DNA of 64,000 bases from assembly GCA_964582965.1 (NCBI GenBank), contig CAZOUN010000001.1, positions 4,745-68,744 of the forward strand. The letters run 5' to 3'. A model generated the notes under the pieces. It made no database searches, was not told where the DNA came from, and worked only from the letters and a program-made list of their open reading frames with translations. This DNA comes from an uncultured Anaerolineales bacterium. Lineage in GTDB: Bacteria; Chloroflexota; Anaerolineae; Anaerolineales; UBA11858. This document shows, piece after piece, positions 1-9,403 of the stretch. The position numbers and the translations under genes were made by a program. How positions within the stretch are numbered: position 1 is the first letter of the stretch; each line of letters starts with the position of its first letter.

Positions 1-1
1 C

Positions 2-877
2 TCCCCTTGGGAAGTTTTGGCTGCTCGACGGGAAGCTGAACTCGCTCTCCAGGCAGCCAATATTGCAGGACGGCCTGGAATATGTTTAGGCTGTGTAGAA
101 CTGTCAGCTACAGCCCTGGGTGGTCTGGCTGGTGTGTCCTATGGAGGATATCGGACTACGGACTGGCTCCATGCTCCCATTATGTCTGAGTTGAAGACCA
201 ACTACGAAATGCTCTCGATCGTGACTCACTCAGTACGGACGGGTACTCTCCTTGAGGCTTATTACAATCCTATTTACGGAGGTTATGTTGGTGGTGCGGA
301 GGGTGTGGCAGTAGCAGTGGTTGGCGGATTGATCCTGCTCAACCAGTGCCATCCAGGACATACTTATAATACCCGGCCCAACCATCCTTTCTTCAACTGT
401 GATACCACCCCGGAATTGATCTGGGCAATTGCTTTAGGTGTGCAGGGATTGACCCGCAATACCAACCTGCTAGTGGATACTCTGGTTGGACCTGCTGGCG
501 GACCTGGTACCAAGACCATGTTGTATGAGAATGCCGCTTTTGTAGCAGCCACGACGGTTTCTGGACAATCATTAATGACTTCCTGCCATTCATCATCCGG
601 CGGTAGCAATCCTCGTCATGCAAGCGGTTTGGACTCCAAGATATGCGGAGAGGTTACTCATGCCGTACGCGGTATGAAACGCGACGAAGTTAATGAGATT
701 GTGAAGCAGATCATTCCTCTCTATGTGGATGATTTGGATAAAAAACCAATCGGGAAACCCTTTGAAGAAGTTTATGACATTGATAAAGTGGAACCCACCC
801 CGGAATGGCAGGGTATGTACGACGAAGTCAGGGAAGAGTTGATCAAACTCGGACTTCCTCTGGATCGGCTGGTCTAG
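2..877 (+). CDS. MtmB-family corrinoid methyltransferase, non-pyrrolysine, 5'-truncated by window edge (paralog 1, class B)
   Basis: The frame is open from base 2 (SPWEVLAARREAELAL...), so the TTG at 17 in the ORF track is not the true start. Carries GRPGICLG, IYGGYVGGAEG, NPRHASGLDSKICGEV and C-terminal KPFEEVYDIDKVEPTPEWQGMYDEV..LGLPL. It is collinear with the full-length paralogs at 17130 and 29171 and with the C-terminal half of Methanosarcina MtmB as I recall it. Confidence 0.85.
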   Translation, partial: SPWEVLAARREAELALQAANIAGRPGICLGCVELSATALGGLAGVSYGGYRTTDWLHAPIMSELKTNYEMLSIVTHSVRTGTLLEAYYNPIYGGYVGGAEGVAVAVVGGLILLNQCHPGHTYNTRPNHPFFNCDTTPELIWAIALGVQGLTRNTNLLVDTLVGPAGGPGTKTMLYENAAFVAATTVSGQSLMTSCHSSSGGSNPRHASGLDSKICGEVTHAVRGMKRDEVNEIVKQIIPLYVDDLDKKPIGKPFEEVYDIDKVEPTPEWQGMYDEVREELIKLGLPLDRLV

Positions 878-990
878 GTAGATAGATTTCCCGCCCGGTT
901 CAACACTCCGGGGGGAACGTTTCACAACCATGATAATTTTGACCTGGGTTGTTTTATCAAGATAACGGAAGGGGAAACTCAAGGAAAACT

Positions 991-1749
991 ATGAATAATA
1001 ATCAAAACTCACTCAGCTTACGAGATCGCCGGCCGTTGTATATGCAGGCGATTGACGCGATCACAAAGATGATCGATTCCGGCGATTTAAAAACCGGGTC
1101 CCAGCTTCCACCGGAAGAGGATTTTGCGGTCCAATTGGGGATCTCCCGCTCTACCTTAAGGGAGGCCCTGGGGCATCTGGAGACCAGGGGCTATATTGCC
1201 CGGAGGCAGGGCGTCGGCACCTTTGTAACCATACCAACCAGCCCCGGATTTTTTGGTGGTTTACAGCGGCTGGAACCATTTAAGAAGTTGGCAGAAGCTG
1301 CCGGAATGAAACACTCCTTAGTGGATAAAAAAGTAACCCTGGTGGGGGCGGATCAGCAATTTGCAGCACTCCTGGATACCGAGGAAGGCACAAAACTTGT
1401 CCGCGTGCAAACGGTTGAAGCTATCGATGAGATCCGCTGTGTTTATTTTGATGATTATTTCCTCTACAAGGAAGGATTGGACAAGGAATTGTCTCAACAA
1501 TCCGTCTTGACTTATATGTTTGATCTATGCTGCCCGCCGTTATCCCATACCCGGTCAGAGATCTTTGCTATTGAAGCTGATAAGGACGTAGCCGAGACAC
1601 TGGATATTCAACCGGGAAAACCAGTCTTCCACCTGGAAGAGACTTATTTTGCAGACGATGGAGGAATTGTTGGGGGAGGGTTAATGTATTTTGTGACCGA
1701 CCGCTTCCGTTTTTATATTACCCGACGAGCAGTCCGCGATCTTTTGTGA
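991..1749 (+). CDS. GntR-family transcriptional regulator, HutC/UTRA type (regulator 1)
   Basis: Winged-helix signature QLPPEEDFAVQLGISRSTLREALGHLETRGYIARRQGVGTFV, followed by a ~150-aa effector domain. The ORF-track start at 949 is TTG; the ATG at 991 follows AAGGA (981-985). Confidence 0.8.
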   Translation: MNNNQNSLSLRDRRPLYMQAIDAITKMIDSGDLKTGSQLPPEEDFAVQLGISRSTLREALGHLETRGYIARRQGVGTFVTIPTSPGFFGGLQRLEPFKKLAEAAGMKHSLVDKKVTLVGADQQFAALLDTEEGTKLVRVQTVEAIDEIRCVYFDDYFLYKEGLDKELSQQSVLTYMFDLCCPPLSHTRSEIFAIEADKDVAETLDIQPGKPVFHLEETYFADDGGIVGGGLMYFVTDRFRFYITRRAVRDLL

Positions 1750-1765
1750 TATCAGGAGAAAATGA

Positions 1766-3019
1766 ATGGACCTAACAATACACAACGCATTGCATGACAA
1801 GACCCTTGAAACTGTCCACCTGGGTATCCAGGACGGGAAGATTGCCAAGGTATCCAAAGAGGAGATTCCAGCAGGGGATAAGGCCATCGACGCCAAAGGT
1901 GCCATGGTCTCCCCGGCTTTGATCGAACCGCATTTTCATATCGAGAATGCCCTCTTATGGGACACGAACAACCTCAATAACAGCGGCACCTTATTGGAAG
2001 CTATTGATATCTATGCTGATGTGAAAGTAAAACTTACTGACGAAGATATCATGCAGCGGGCTTCTTTGACCATTCACGAAGCTTTGAAACACGGCACGTT
2101 GTGGATGCGCAACCATGTCGATATTGACCAATATGCCAAACTGGATCTGCTGCGCGGTGTTGTAGCCGCTAAAGAAAGGTTCAAGGATGTCTTTGATCTG
2201 CAGATCATTGCCTTCCCGCAGCACGGCCTGGCGAAAAATCCTGAGTCAGTCGATCTGATGTGGCAGGCGATGGAAAATGGCGCTGAGCTGGTTGGCGGTA
2301 TTCCGCACCACGAAGAATCCATGGAAGACGGCGCCAAACAGATCGAGATCGTCTTTGAAATCGCCAAGAAATATGATGTGAATATTGATATGCACATTGA
2401 CGAGACCGATGATCCTTACTGGATGTCATTGGAACTTCTAGCGGATAAAACCATAGAAGAAGGTTACCAGGGGCGAGTGACCGCTGGGCACTGCACCTCG
2501 ATGGCAGCCTGGGATAAAAAGACTTTGGCCCGGGTGATTGACAAAGTTAAGAAAGCAGAGATCAGCGTGGTTTCAAACACCCCAATTAATTTGTTGCTTC
2601 AGGGGCGGTCGGACGAGATCCTGGTTCGGAGGGGTATTGCCCGCATCAAGGAACTGATCGAAGCGGGTGTAAATGTCTGCTGTGGTCAGGACGACCTGAT
2701 GAATATGTTCTACCCGTTTGGGCGAATGGACCCCCTTGAAGTGGCCAATATAGCGGCCCATGCTGGACACCTGACTTCGCCGGATGAGATCCAGATAGTA
2801 TTTGACATGCCGCGCTATAACGCTGCTAAAAATATCGGCCTGAAAAATTATGGTGTTTACGAAGGCGCAGACGCCAACCTGATTTTAATAAACGCTGCTA
2901 CAGCAGTGGAAGCCTTGCGCCTCAAACCCGAGCGGCTGTATGTAATCAAGGAAGGGAAGATACTGGTTGAGAATTCTGTCCAAACAACCTACGCAGACTG
3001 GATTCCGACCATTGATTAA
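1766..3019 (+). CDS. CodA-type (cytosine deaminase family) metal-dependent amidohydrolase, substrate unknown
   Basis: 417 aa, collinear by eye with E. coli CodA: PHFHIE (HxH), QIIAFPQHG, GGIPHHE, IDMHIDETDD, VTAGHCTSM, RRGIARIKEL, CCGQDDLMNMFYPFG. Confidence 0.8.
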   Translation: MDLTIHNALHDKTLETVHLGIQDGKIAKVSKEEIPAGDKAIDAKGAMVSPALIEPHFHIENALLWDTNNLNNSGTLLEAIDIYADVKVKLTDEDIMQRASLTIHEALKHGTLWMRNHVDIDQYAKLDLLRGVVAAKERFKDVFDLQIIAFPQHGLAKNPESVDLMWQAMENGAELVGGIPHHEESMEDGAKQIEIVFEIAKKYDVNIDMHIDETDDPYWMSLELLADKTIEEGYQGRVTAGHCTSMAAWDKKTLARVIDKVKKAEISVVSNTPINLLLQGRSDEILVRRGIARIKELIEAGVNVCCGQDDLMNMFYPFGRMDPLEVANIAAHAGHLTSPDEIQIVFDMPRYNAAKNIGLKNYGVYEGADANLILINAATAVEALRLKPERLYVIKEGKILVENSVQTTYADWIPTID

Positions 3020-3097
3020 GGGCCTATATCCCCGAGCGAGATGGGACTGCAAAAGAAATTAACTATTGCTGAAAACAATTTATTAAGGAGATCCTTG

Positions 3098-4489
3098 ATG
3101 GAAAAATCAAAAGTCTATGATTATATGCTTTCGGTTTTGGATAAAGCTGAAAACGGACCGATTCTGGAAGAGAAGGATTGGGACAGACAGTATATTAATC
3201 AATCGATCAAAGACCTGATCAAGAAATATGATATTCAGTGGGATAAAGAAACCATGGTCCCATCAGATGACGCCCTGGCAGACCGCCTCTTTGAGGCCGG
3301 TATGGAGCTGGCCCGAGAGGTGGGCGTGTATTGCCTGGATACCAAGCGCCAGATGAAATGGAACCAAGCGGAGCTGGACTATATTTTATCCACAGCCCCG
3401 GATGAGGAAACTATCGGCTTAGGTGATGACAGTGTCACTATTCGACACAGGCTTCCGGATACAGATGCTGATATCACCACCATCGGCGGCCCTTATGGAA
3501 CACCGGTTCCTGAAGAATTATTTGTGCCGATCATGACCAGCTATGCCCAGGAACGAGATCTGGACTATATAGATAACGCTACTTTGAGCACCACCCACGG
3601 CCGTCCCATTAAAGCTGGTTCACCCTGGGAAGCAGTAGGATGCTGGCAGGAAGCCCAGCTTTCCTTTGAGGTATTGGAACGAGTTGGCCGTCCTGGCATG
3701 CCCATTGGCTGTGCGGAGGATTCGCCTTCCGAGATTGGCGAACTGGCTACCTGCACCTATAACGGGTTCCGGCAAACTGACTGGCACCATGCCTCCTTTA
3801 TTTCAGAATTGAAAGTGGCTTATGCCGAATTGACAAAAGCAATGCACTATCAGCATACCGGATCCTTTGCGCATAATTTCTACAACACAATTTACGGCGG
3901 ATATGTAGGTGGCGCAGATGGATTAGCCGTCGCAATCGTAGCTGGTGTTCTGTTAATGAAAGCAGCCCTGAATGGAAACACATTCAATCCAGGACCCAGT
4001 CATGCCCACCTGAGCTGTAGCACTTTCCCGGCCATGATCCCGGCCTTATCTCTGGGATTCCAGGCCATCAGCCGCAATACCAAATTGCTAACCTCATCAT
4101 TCCCACGCCCTATTGGCGGCCCTTGCACCAAGGAGCTTCTATATGAATCGGCAGCGGTGGGAATTGCTACTGTACCTTCAGGAATTTCAATTCTGGAAGG
4201 CATCCAATCAGCCGCGGGCCGAATCGAAGGGCATGTGACCGGACTGGAAGCCAGATTCCTGGCCCAGGTTGGCCGGGCGACAGTGGGAATGACCCGGGCA
4301 GAAGCCGATCCACTCGTCAGAAAATTGACGCCGTTATATGCGGAACAGCAGAAAACAGGAATCGCGCTGAAAGGAAAACATTTCACAGAGGCTTACGATC
4401 TCGAAACTATCCAGCCTACCGCGGAATGGCAAGGAATTTATGAAGAAGTCTGCCAGGAAATGGAAGACATGCTTGGATTGAAACTATAG
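3098..4489 (+). CDS. MtmB-family methyltransferase, non-pyrrolysine (paralog 2, class A)
   Basis: AAGGAG (3085-3090) lies 7 nt before ATG 3098, so the ORF-track start at 3041 is less likely. Motifs: VPSDDALADRLFEAG, GLGDDSV, GRPGMPIG (Gly at the Pyl-aligned site), IYGGYVGGADG, NPGPSHAHLSC, C-terminal FTEAYDLETIQPTAEWQGIYEEV...LGLKL. Confidence 0.88.
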   Translation: MEKSKVYDYMLSVLDKAENGPILEEKDWDRQYINQSIKDLIKKYDIQWDKETMVPSDDALADRLFEAGMELAREVGVYCLDTKRQMKWNQAELDYILSTAPDEETIGLGDDSVTIRHRLPDTDADITTIGGPYGTPVPEELFVPIMTSYAQERDLDYIDNATLSTTHGRPIKAGSPWEAVGCWQEAQLSFEVLERVGRPGMPIGCAEDSPSEIGELATCTYNGFRQTDWHHASFISELKVAYAELTKAMHYQHTGSFAHNFYNTIYGGYVGGADGLAVAIVAGVLLMKAALNGNTFNPGPSHAHLSCSTFPAMIPALSLGFQAISRNTKLLTSSFPRPIGGPCTKELLYESAAVGIATVPSGISILEGIQSAAGRIEGHVTGLEARFLAQVGRATVGMTRAEADPLVRKLTPLYAEQQKTGIALKGKHFTEAYDLETIQPTAEWQGIYEEVCQEMEDMLGLKL

Positions 4490-4516
4490 GTTTTGGAATC
4501 GAAAAGGATTAATAAC

Positions 4517-5896
4517 ATGAAAAAAGAAAATTACGAATATCTGGCTTCAGTTTTAGAGAAAGCTGATACCGGCCCGGTAATTGAGGAAAAAGAGTGGGAT
4601 TACCAGTATATTGGCGCCAAGACCAAGGATCTGATCAAAAAATATGATATCAGCTGGGACAAAGATACCTATGTGCCCGCTGATGATGATCTGGCGGATC
4701 GCCTGTATCAGGCAGGTTGGGAGCTGGCCCTGGAAAGCGGTGTATACTGCCGCAATACAAAGAAGCAAATGCTTTGGACAGAGGATGAACTAAAAGGAAT
4801 TATCGATTCAGGACCTTCCGAATTGGTTGTTGGAACTGGTGATGATGAAGTTGTAATTCGTCAACGCCGGCCGGAACAGCCCTCCCGGGTCACTATCCTG
4901 GGCGGCGCTTACGGTACCCTGATCGAAGAAGACCTTTTTGGCGCAATGGTGGAAGCCTATGCAAAAGAACCTCTGATCGATATTGTTGAACCCCCTTCCA
5001 TTCCCACTGCTTTTGGCAGGACCATCCGCATTCAATCTCCCTGGGAAGTGATGGCGGCCAGGCGGGAATCGGATCTGGCCCTGGCAGCAGTCAAGCGGGC
5101 TGGCCGACCGGGAATTTGCATTGGCGCGGCAGCTACATCAGGAAGTGAAATTATCGAGCTGGCTGCAACCAGCTATAACGCTTATCGACAAACCGATTGG
5201 CATCACACTTCTTTCGTCAGTGAAAACAAGGTCACTTATGCGGACCTGACCCGGGCAGCTCATTTCTACCTGACCGGATCGGTTGCACACACTTTTTGCG
5301 ATCCGATCTACGGAGGCTACCTTGGGGGTAAAGAGGGCATAGCAATTGGCTGCGTCGCCGGCCCAATCCTCCTGAGAGCAACATTGCTCGGGGATACGGT
5401 TAATGCAGGCCCCAGCCACGCCCATCTAAGCTGTGATACTCATGCGGATCTGCTCGCCGCTCAGGCCCTCAGCTTCCAGGCTATCGCCCGCAACACCCAT
5501 TTGCTGAAAGGGATTCATATTCGACCGGCCCACGGACCGGGAACCAAAGAGATCCTCTATGAAGTAGCAGCCATGGCCATCATGGGTGTGACTTCCGGAG
5601 TGGATTACCTTAAATCTGTCCAATCTGCCTGCGGAGTAAATATGGGACATACATCCCCGGTTGAAGCCCGGTTATGCGCCCGGGTTGCCCATGCTTCGGA
5701 AGCCCTCAGCAGAGAAGAAGGAAACGCCCTGGTGACCCAGCTGGTGAACAAATACCAGGATTTGATACCGACTGCAGATACAGGAATACATTTCCGCGAT
5801 AGCTACAATTTGGAAACCTTGGAACCGGCCCAAGCCTGGCAGAAAATATATGAAGAAGTTGTCTCCGAACTTAGAGAATTGGGTCTATCTATCTAA
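4517..5896 (+). CDS. MtmB-family methyltransferase, non-pyrrolysine (paralog 3, class A)
   Basis: ATG 4517 follows AAAGGA; the ORF-track start at 4493 is TTG. Motifs: VPADDDLADRLYQAG, GTGDDEV, GRPGICIG, IYGGYLGGKEG, NAGPSHAHLSC, C-terminal FRDSYNLETLEPAQAWQKIYEEV..LGLSI. Confidence 0.88.
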   Translation: MKKENYEYLASVLEKADTGPVIEEKEWDYQYIGAKTKDLIKKYDISWDKDTYVPADDDLADRLYQAGWELALESGVYCRNTKKQMLWTEDELKGIIDSGPSELVVGTGDDEVVIRQRRPEQPSRVTILGGAYGTLIEEDLFGAMVEAYAKEPLIDIVEPPSIPTAFGRTIRIQSPWEVMAARRESDLALAAVKRAGRPGICIGAAATSGSEIIELAATSYNAYRQTDWHHTSFVSENKVTYADLTRAAHFYLTGSVAHTFCDPIYGGYLGGKEGIAIGCVAGPILLRATLLGDTVNAGPSHAHLSCDTHADLLAAQALSFQAIARNTHLLKGIHIRPAHGPGTKEILYEVAAMAIMGVTSGVDYLKSVQSACGVNMGHTSPVEARLCARVAHASEALSREEGNALVTQLVNKYQDLIPTADTGIHFRDSYNLETLEPAQAWQKIYEEVVSELRELGLSI

Positions 5897-5917
5897 CCAA
5901 GATTTAAAGAGGCAGAA

Positions 5918-7306
5918 ATGATCGAACCAAAAGTAAAGATCGATGAATTCGTAAATATTTTGGATAAAGCAGAAAATGGCCCCAGGGTGGATATCAAAGA
6001 ATGGGACCAGGTTTATATTTACCAAACCATCAAGGATCTGGTTGAGAAATATGATATCCGTATAGATGTCAAAAATCCGGGAGTTCCTTCTGATGACGAT
6101 CTTGCAGACCGGGTCTTTGAAGCGGCCATGGACCTGGCGGTCCAGAGCGGTGTTTACTGCACGGATACCCAACGCCAGATGATTTTCAGCAGGGATGAAT
6201 TGGAAAAAGTCCTTGCCCGGGTTCCGGAAGAGGTCCAGATCGGCGAAGGACCAGACACTCGTGTAATCAAGAAGAGAATGGTGGACCAGGAAGGCCATGT
6301 AACTATAGGGGGAGGCTTCTGGGGTGTTGTGGTGCCTGAGGACATGCTATTACCCATGACCATGGCGTATGCCCAGATAGAGGAAAATGATTTTCTCTGC
6401 ACCGGGGCTTTGAGAACCACCTATGGGCGCCCCATCCGGGCATACTCTCCTTGGGATACCCTGGCCTGCTGGCAGGAAATGCGCCAGACCTTTGAAGCCA
6501 TTGATCGTGTGGGGCGTCCCGGGATGACAATTTCCGGGCCGAATACCAGTGCCAGCGCCATCGGAACAGTTACTACGGTCACACATGGATGTCTCCGCCC
6601 ATCAGATTATGGAAGTGTTGCCTTCATGAGCGAATTGAAGGTGTCATATGATGACCTGATCCGTGCCTGCCATTACGTCCAGACCAATTCCTTTGCGCAC
6701 AATTTTTACAACCCGATCTATGGCGGTTATGCAGGCGGGGCTGAAGGTGTGGCGGTCGCCCATGTGGCAGGTTTCATATTAATGAAAGCCACTTTGTTTG
6801 GTGAAGCCTTCAATGCCGGGCCCAGTCATGCCCATATGAGCACCAATACTTTCCCACCCTTGATCCCGGCCCAGGCACTGGCACATCAGGCTTTGAGCCG
6901 GAATACCAATATCACCTGCGCGAATTTCACCCGGCCCAATGCTGGCCCGGGAGAGAAAGACCTGCTCTATGAAATTGCAGCCTACCAATTGGCGACTGTG
7001 ACCTCTGGAGTTGAAATAGCTACAGGTGTGCAAACTGCTACTGGACGTCATGAAGCTCATTGTTCACCGTTAGAGGTCCGGTTTTTGATCAAGGTTGTTC
7101 GGGCTGCAGAAAAAATGACCCGAAAAGAGGCAGACCCGATTGTTAAGAAACTGATCGCCCTCTACAGAGACGGCCAGAAAGAACAAAAGATCGGCAAGCC
7201 ATTTAATGAAGTCTATGATTTAGAGACTTTGGAACCCAAATCAGAATGGCAGTCCGTTTTTGATGAAGTAGTAGATGAACTCGTAAGTTTGGGACTAAAG
7301 CTTTAA
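5918..7306 (+). CDS. MtmB-family methyltransferase, non-pyrrolysine (paralog 4, class A)
   Basis: RBS AGAGG precedes ATG 5918. GRPGMTISGPNTS resembles archaeal GRPGMGV-Pyl-GPETS; the Pyl-aligned codon is TCC (Ser206) at 6533-6535. Also IYGGYAGGAEG, NAGPSHAHMST, C-terminal FNEVYDLETLEPKSEWQSVFDEV..LGLKL. Confidence 0.88.
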   Translation: MIEPKVKIDEFVNILDKAENGPRVDIKEWDQVYIYQTIKDLVEKYDIRIDVKNPGVPSDDDLADRVFEAAMDLAVQSGVYCTDTQRQMIFSRDELEKVLARVPEEVQIGEGPDTRVIKKRMVDQEGHVTIGGGFWGVVVPEDMLLPMTMAYAQIEENDFLCTGALRTTYGRPIRAYSPWDTLACWQEMRQTFEAIDRVGRPGMTISGPNTSASAIGTVTTVTHGCLRPSDYGSVAFMSELKVSYDDLIRACHYVQTNSFAHNFYNPIYGGYAGGAEGVAVAHVAGFILMKATLFGEAFNAGPSHAHMSTNTFPPLIPAQALAHQALSRNTNITCANFTRPNAGPGEKDLLYEIAAYQLATVTSGVEIATGVQTATGRHEAHCSPLEVRFLIKVVRAAEKMTRKEADPIVKKLIALYRDGQKEQKIGKPFNEVYDLETLEPKSEWQSVFDEVVDELVSLGLKL

Positions 7307-7326
7307 TTATTTTGAAAGGATTAGCT

Positions 7327-8193
7327 ATGAATAAACCCGAATACCTGGCACCAAAAACCTTAGAGGAAGCCTTCGAGGCGCTTAAGAGTAATCCGGACGG
7401 CACGATGATCATTGCCGGCGGTACCGACATGGTTCCCCGCATGCGAGCTGGTGTTTTTAAACCAGATTTACTGGTTGATCTCCGCCTGTTGGCCTTGGAT
7501 GAGATAACACTTGAGGATGACTTTGTTCGGATTGGCGCTTATGTTACCCATTCCGACATCCTTGGATCACAGCTCTTGAGTGATCAGTTCCCTGCCCTAG
7601 TGGAAGCAGCCAAAGATATTGCTGGGCCTCCTATCCGCAATCGCGGTACGCTGGGTGGCAATCTAGTAAATGCATCACCTGCTGCAGACCTGGCAACACC
7701 CCTGATCGCCTATGATGCGCTAGCGGTCATAGCTGACCAGAGTGGCGAGCGAGATGTGCCGCTGAGTAGATTTTTCACTGGCCCTGGAAAGACAGTGTTA
7801 AAGCCAGAAGAAATTCTTACAGCAATTAAGATCCAGAAAATCTCCAGTAAGACAGGCGCAAAGTTTACCAAGTTGGGTAAAAGAAAAGCAATGGCCATTG
7901 CTGTTGTCAGCGCGGCAGTAAGGATTTCCCTGAACGAAGAAGGAAAAATTCAAACAGCCAGGATTGCCCTGGGGTCTGTCGCACCGGTTCCTCTGCGAGT
8001 TCCAAAAGCCGAGGAAGTTTTGGAGGGGAAAACACCTGACGAAAAATTATTTGCCAACGCCGGACAGACTGCCAGTGAGCAATGCACTCCGATCTCGGAC
8101 CTACGCTCAACGGGTGATTACCGAAAAAAAATGGTCGCGGTTTTGGTCAGAAGGGCTTTATCAGCGGCCTGGGAAAATCTGCAGGCGGAGTGA
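7327..8193 (+). CDS. Molybdenum hydroxylase FAD-binding medium subunit (CoxM/XdhB-like)
   Basis: ~290 aa with IIAGGTDMVP and GTLGGNLVNASPAADL motifs. ATG 7327 follows AAAGGA; the ORF-track start at 7312 is TTG. The 2Fe-2S subunit gene starts 3 nt after its stop. Confidence 0.8.
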   Translation: MNKPEYLAPKTLEEAFEALKSNPDGTMIIAGGTDMVPRMRAGVFKPDLLVDLRLLALDEITLEDDFVRIGAYVTHSDILGSQLLSDQFPALVEAAKDIAGPPIRNRGTLGGNLVNASPAADLATPLIAYDALAVIADQSGERDVPLSRFFTGPGKTVLKPEEILTAIKIQKISSKTGAKFTKLGKRKAMAIAVVSAAVRISLNEEGKIQTARIALGSVAPVPLRVPKAEEVLEGKTPDEKLFANAGQTASEQCTPISDLRSTGDYRKKMVAVLVRRALSAAWENLQAE

Positions 8194-8196
8194 TCT

Positions 8197-8670
8197 ATGA
8201 CTAATATTACTTTGAATTTTACTGTCAACGGAGATCCACAGGAAGTGACCACATCTCCCACAAGCACTTTGCTCAGTGTTTTGCGGGACGAATTGAAATT
8301 GAAAAGCCCTAAGGAAGCTTGCGGTCAGGGAGATTGCGGCGCGTGTGTAGTCCTGCTGGATGGAAAAGCGGTCAATTCCTGTTTGGTCTTGGCTGCCCAG
8401 GCCCAGGGAGCAGAGGTGCTCACTATTGAAGGTTTGGCCGAGCATGGAAAACTACATCCCCTGCAGCGGAACTTTATCGATAATTGGGCCTTCCAATGCG
8501 GCTACTGTACCTCAGGGATGTTGATGTCAGTTTACGGATTGCTCCTGGATAATCCCAAACCGACACGAGAGGAAATTAAAACAGCCATTTCCGGCAATCT
8601 TTGCCGCTGCACAGGTTATGAGGAAATCATTGAAGCTGTGGAAATGACTGCGACCGAGTTAAGTAAATAA
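8197..8670 (+). CDS. Molybdenum hydroxylase [2Fe-2S] small subunit (CoxS/XdhC-iron-sulfur type), set 1
   Basis: 157 aa with both cluster motifs: CGQGDCGACVV..NSC and CGYCTSGM...CRCTGY. Confidence 0.9.
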   Translation: MTNITLNFTVNGDPQEVTTSPTSTLLSVLRDELKLKSPKEACGQGDCGACVVLLDGKAVNSCLVLAAQAQGAEVLTIEGLAEHGKLHPLQRNFIDNWAFQCGYCTSGMLMSVYGLLLDNPKPTREEIKTAISGNLCRCTGYEEIIEAVEMTATELSK

Positions 8671-8698
8671 TCAAGATCTATATGACAAGGAGAACAAT

Positions 8699-9361
8699 AT
8701 GAGTGACTGGAATACATTACAACCGCAATTTATCGATTTGATATTAGCTGGTGATGATGCTGCTGCCATTAAGATGGCCAAGGATTCCCTTGATGGCGGG
8801 ACTACCCCGGTAGAGTTTTTTGAAAATTGTATAGCTCCCTCCTTGAAGGAAGTAGGCAAACGTTTTGAAACGCTGGATATCTTCCTGCCGGAAATGGTCA
8901 CTGCAGCGGATACTGTAGAAGCCGTAAATACTGAAGTGATCAACCCTGCCGTTGCGGAAGCTAATGATGGCACCAGCATGTCCCAGGGCAAAGTACTCCT
9001 AGCGACAGTCCAGGGCGATTTGCACGATATCGGTAAAAACATGGTTGGCCTGATGTTAAAAGTAAATGGCTTTGAAGTTGTTGACCTGGGCACCAATGTT
9101 TCCCCAGCTGATATCGTCGCCAGAGCGGAGCAGGAAGAAGTTGACATCATCGGTATGTCAGCCCTCTTAACCACCTGCCTTCCGTATATGAAAGATGTAG
9201 GCGACCACCTGGTAGCCAAAGATATCCGGGGAAAATATGAGGTCATTATCGGTGGCGCTGCTGCAACCCCAGATGTAATGGAAGAGATGGGTGCCAATGC
9301 CTACGGAAGCTCTGCAGCCGATGGCGTAAAGAAATGTAAGATGCTTTTGGGAAAATTATAA
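8699..9361 (+). CDS. Corrinoid (cobalamin-binding) methyl-carrier protein 1, MtmC/MtbC-like
   Basis: 220 aa with an N-terminal helical cap and a Rossmann B12 domain. Carries GDLHDIGKN (DxHxxG), MSALLTT and IIGGAA. RBS AAGGAG is upstream. Confidence 0.88.
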   Translation: MSDWNTLQPQFIDLILAGDDAAAIKMAKDSLDGGTTPVEFFENCIAPSLKEVGKRFETLDIFLPEMVTAADTVEAVNTEVINPAVAEANDGTSMSQGKVLLATVQGDLHDIGKNMVGLMLKVNGFEVVDLGTNVSPADIVARAEQEEVDIIGMSALLTTCLPYMKDVGDHLVAKDIRGKYEVIIGGAAATPDVMEEMGANAYGSSAADGVKKCKMLLGKL

Positions 9362-9403
9362 CGACAACAGGTTGCTGCTAAGACCTTACGGAAGGAGAAG
9401 ATC

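Noticed and set aside
1766-3019. Naming this ORF codA (bona fide cytosine deaminase)
   Set aside because: Collinearity with CodA supports the family only. The same fold includes creatinine and isoguanine deaminases and AtzC-type alkylaminohydrolases, and the genomic context is atypical for pyrimidine salvage.
8671-9297. 208-aa ORF on the minus strand
   Set aside because: It is antisense to corrinoid protein 1, which has clear DxHxxG motifs and an RBS. The same reasoning applies to the long antisense ORFs at 11540-12097, 46794-47369, 58530-59075 and 60059-60625.
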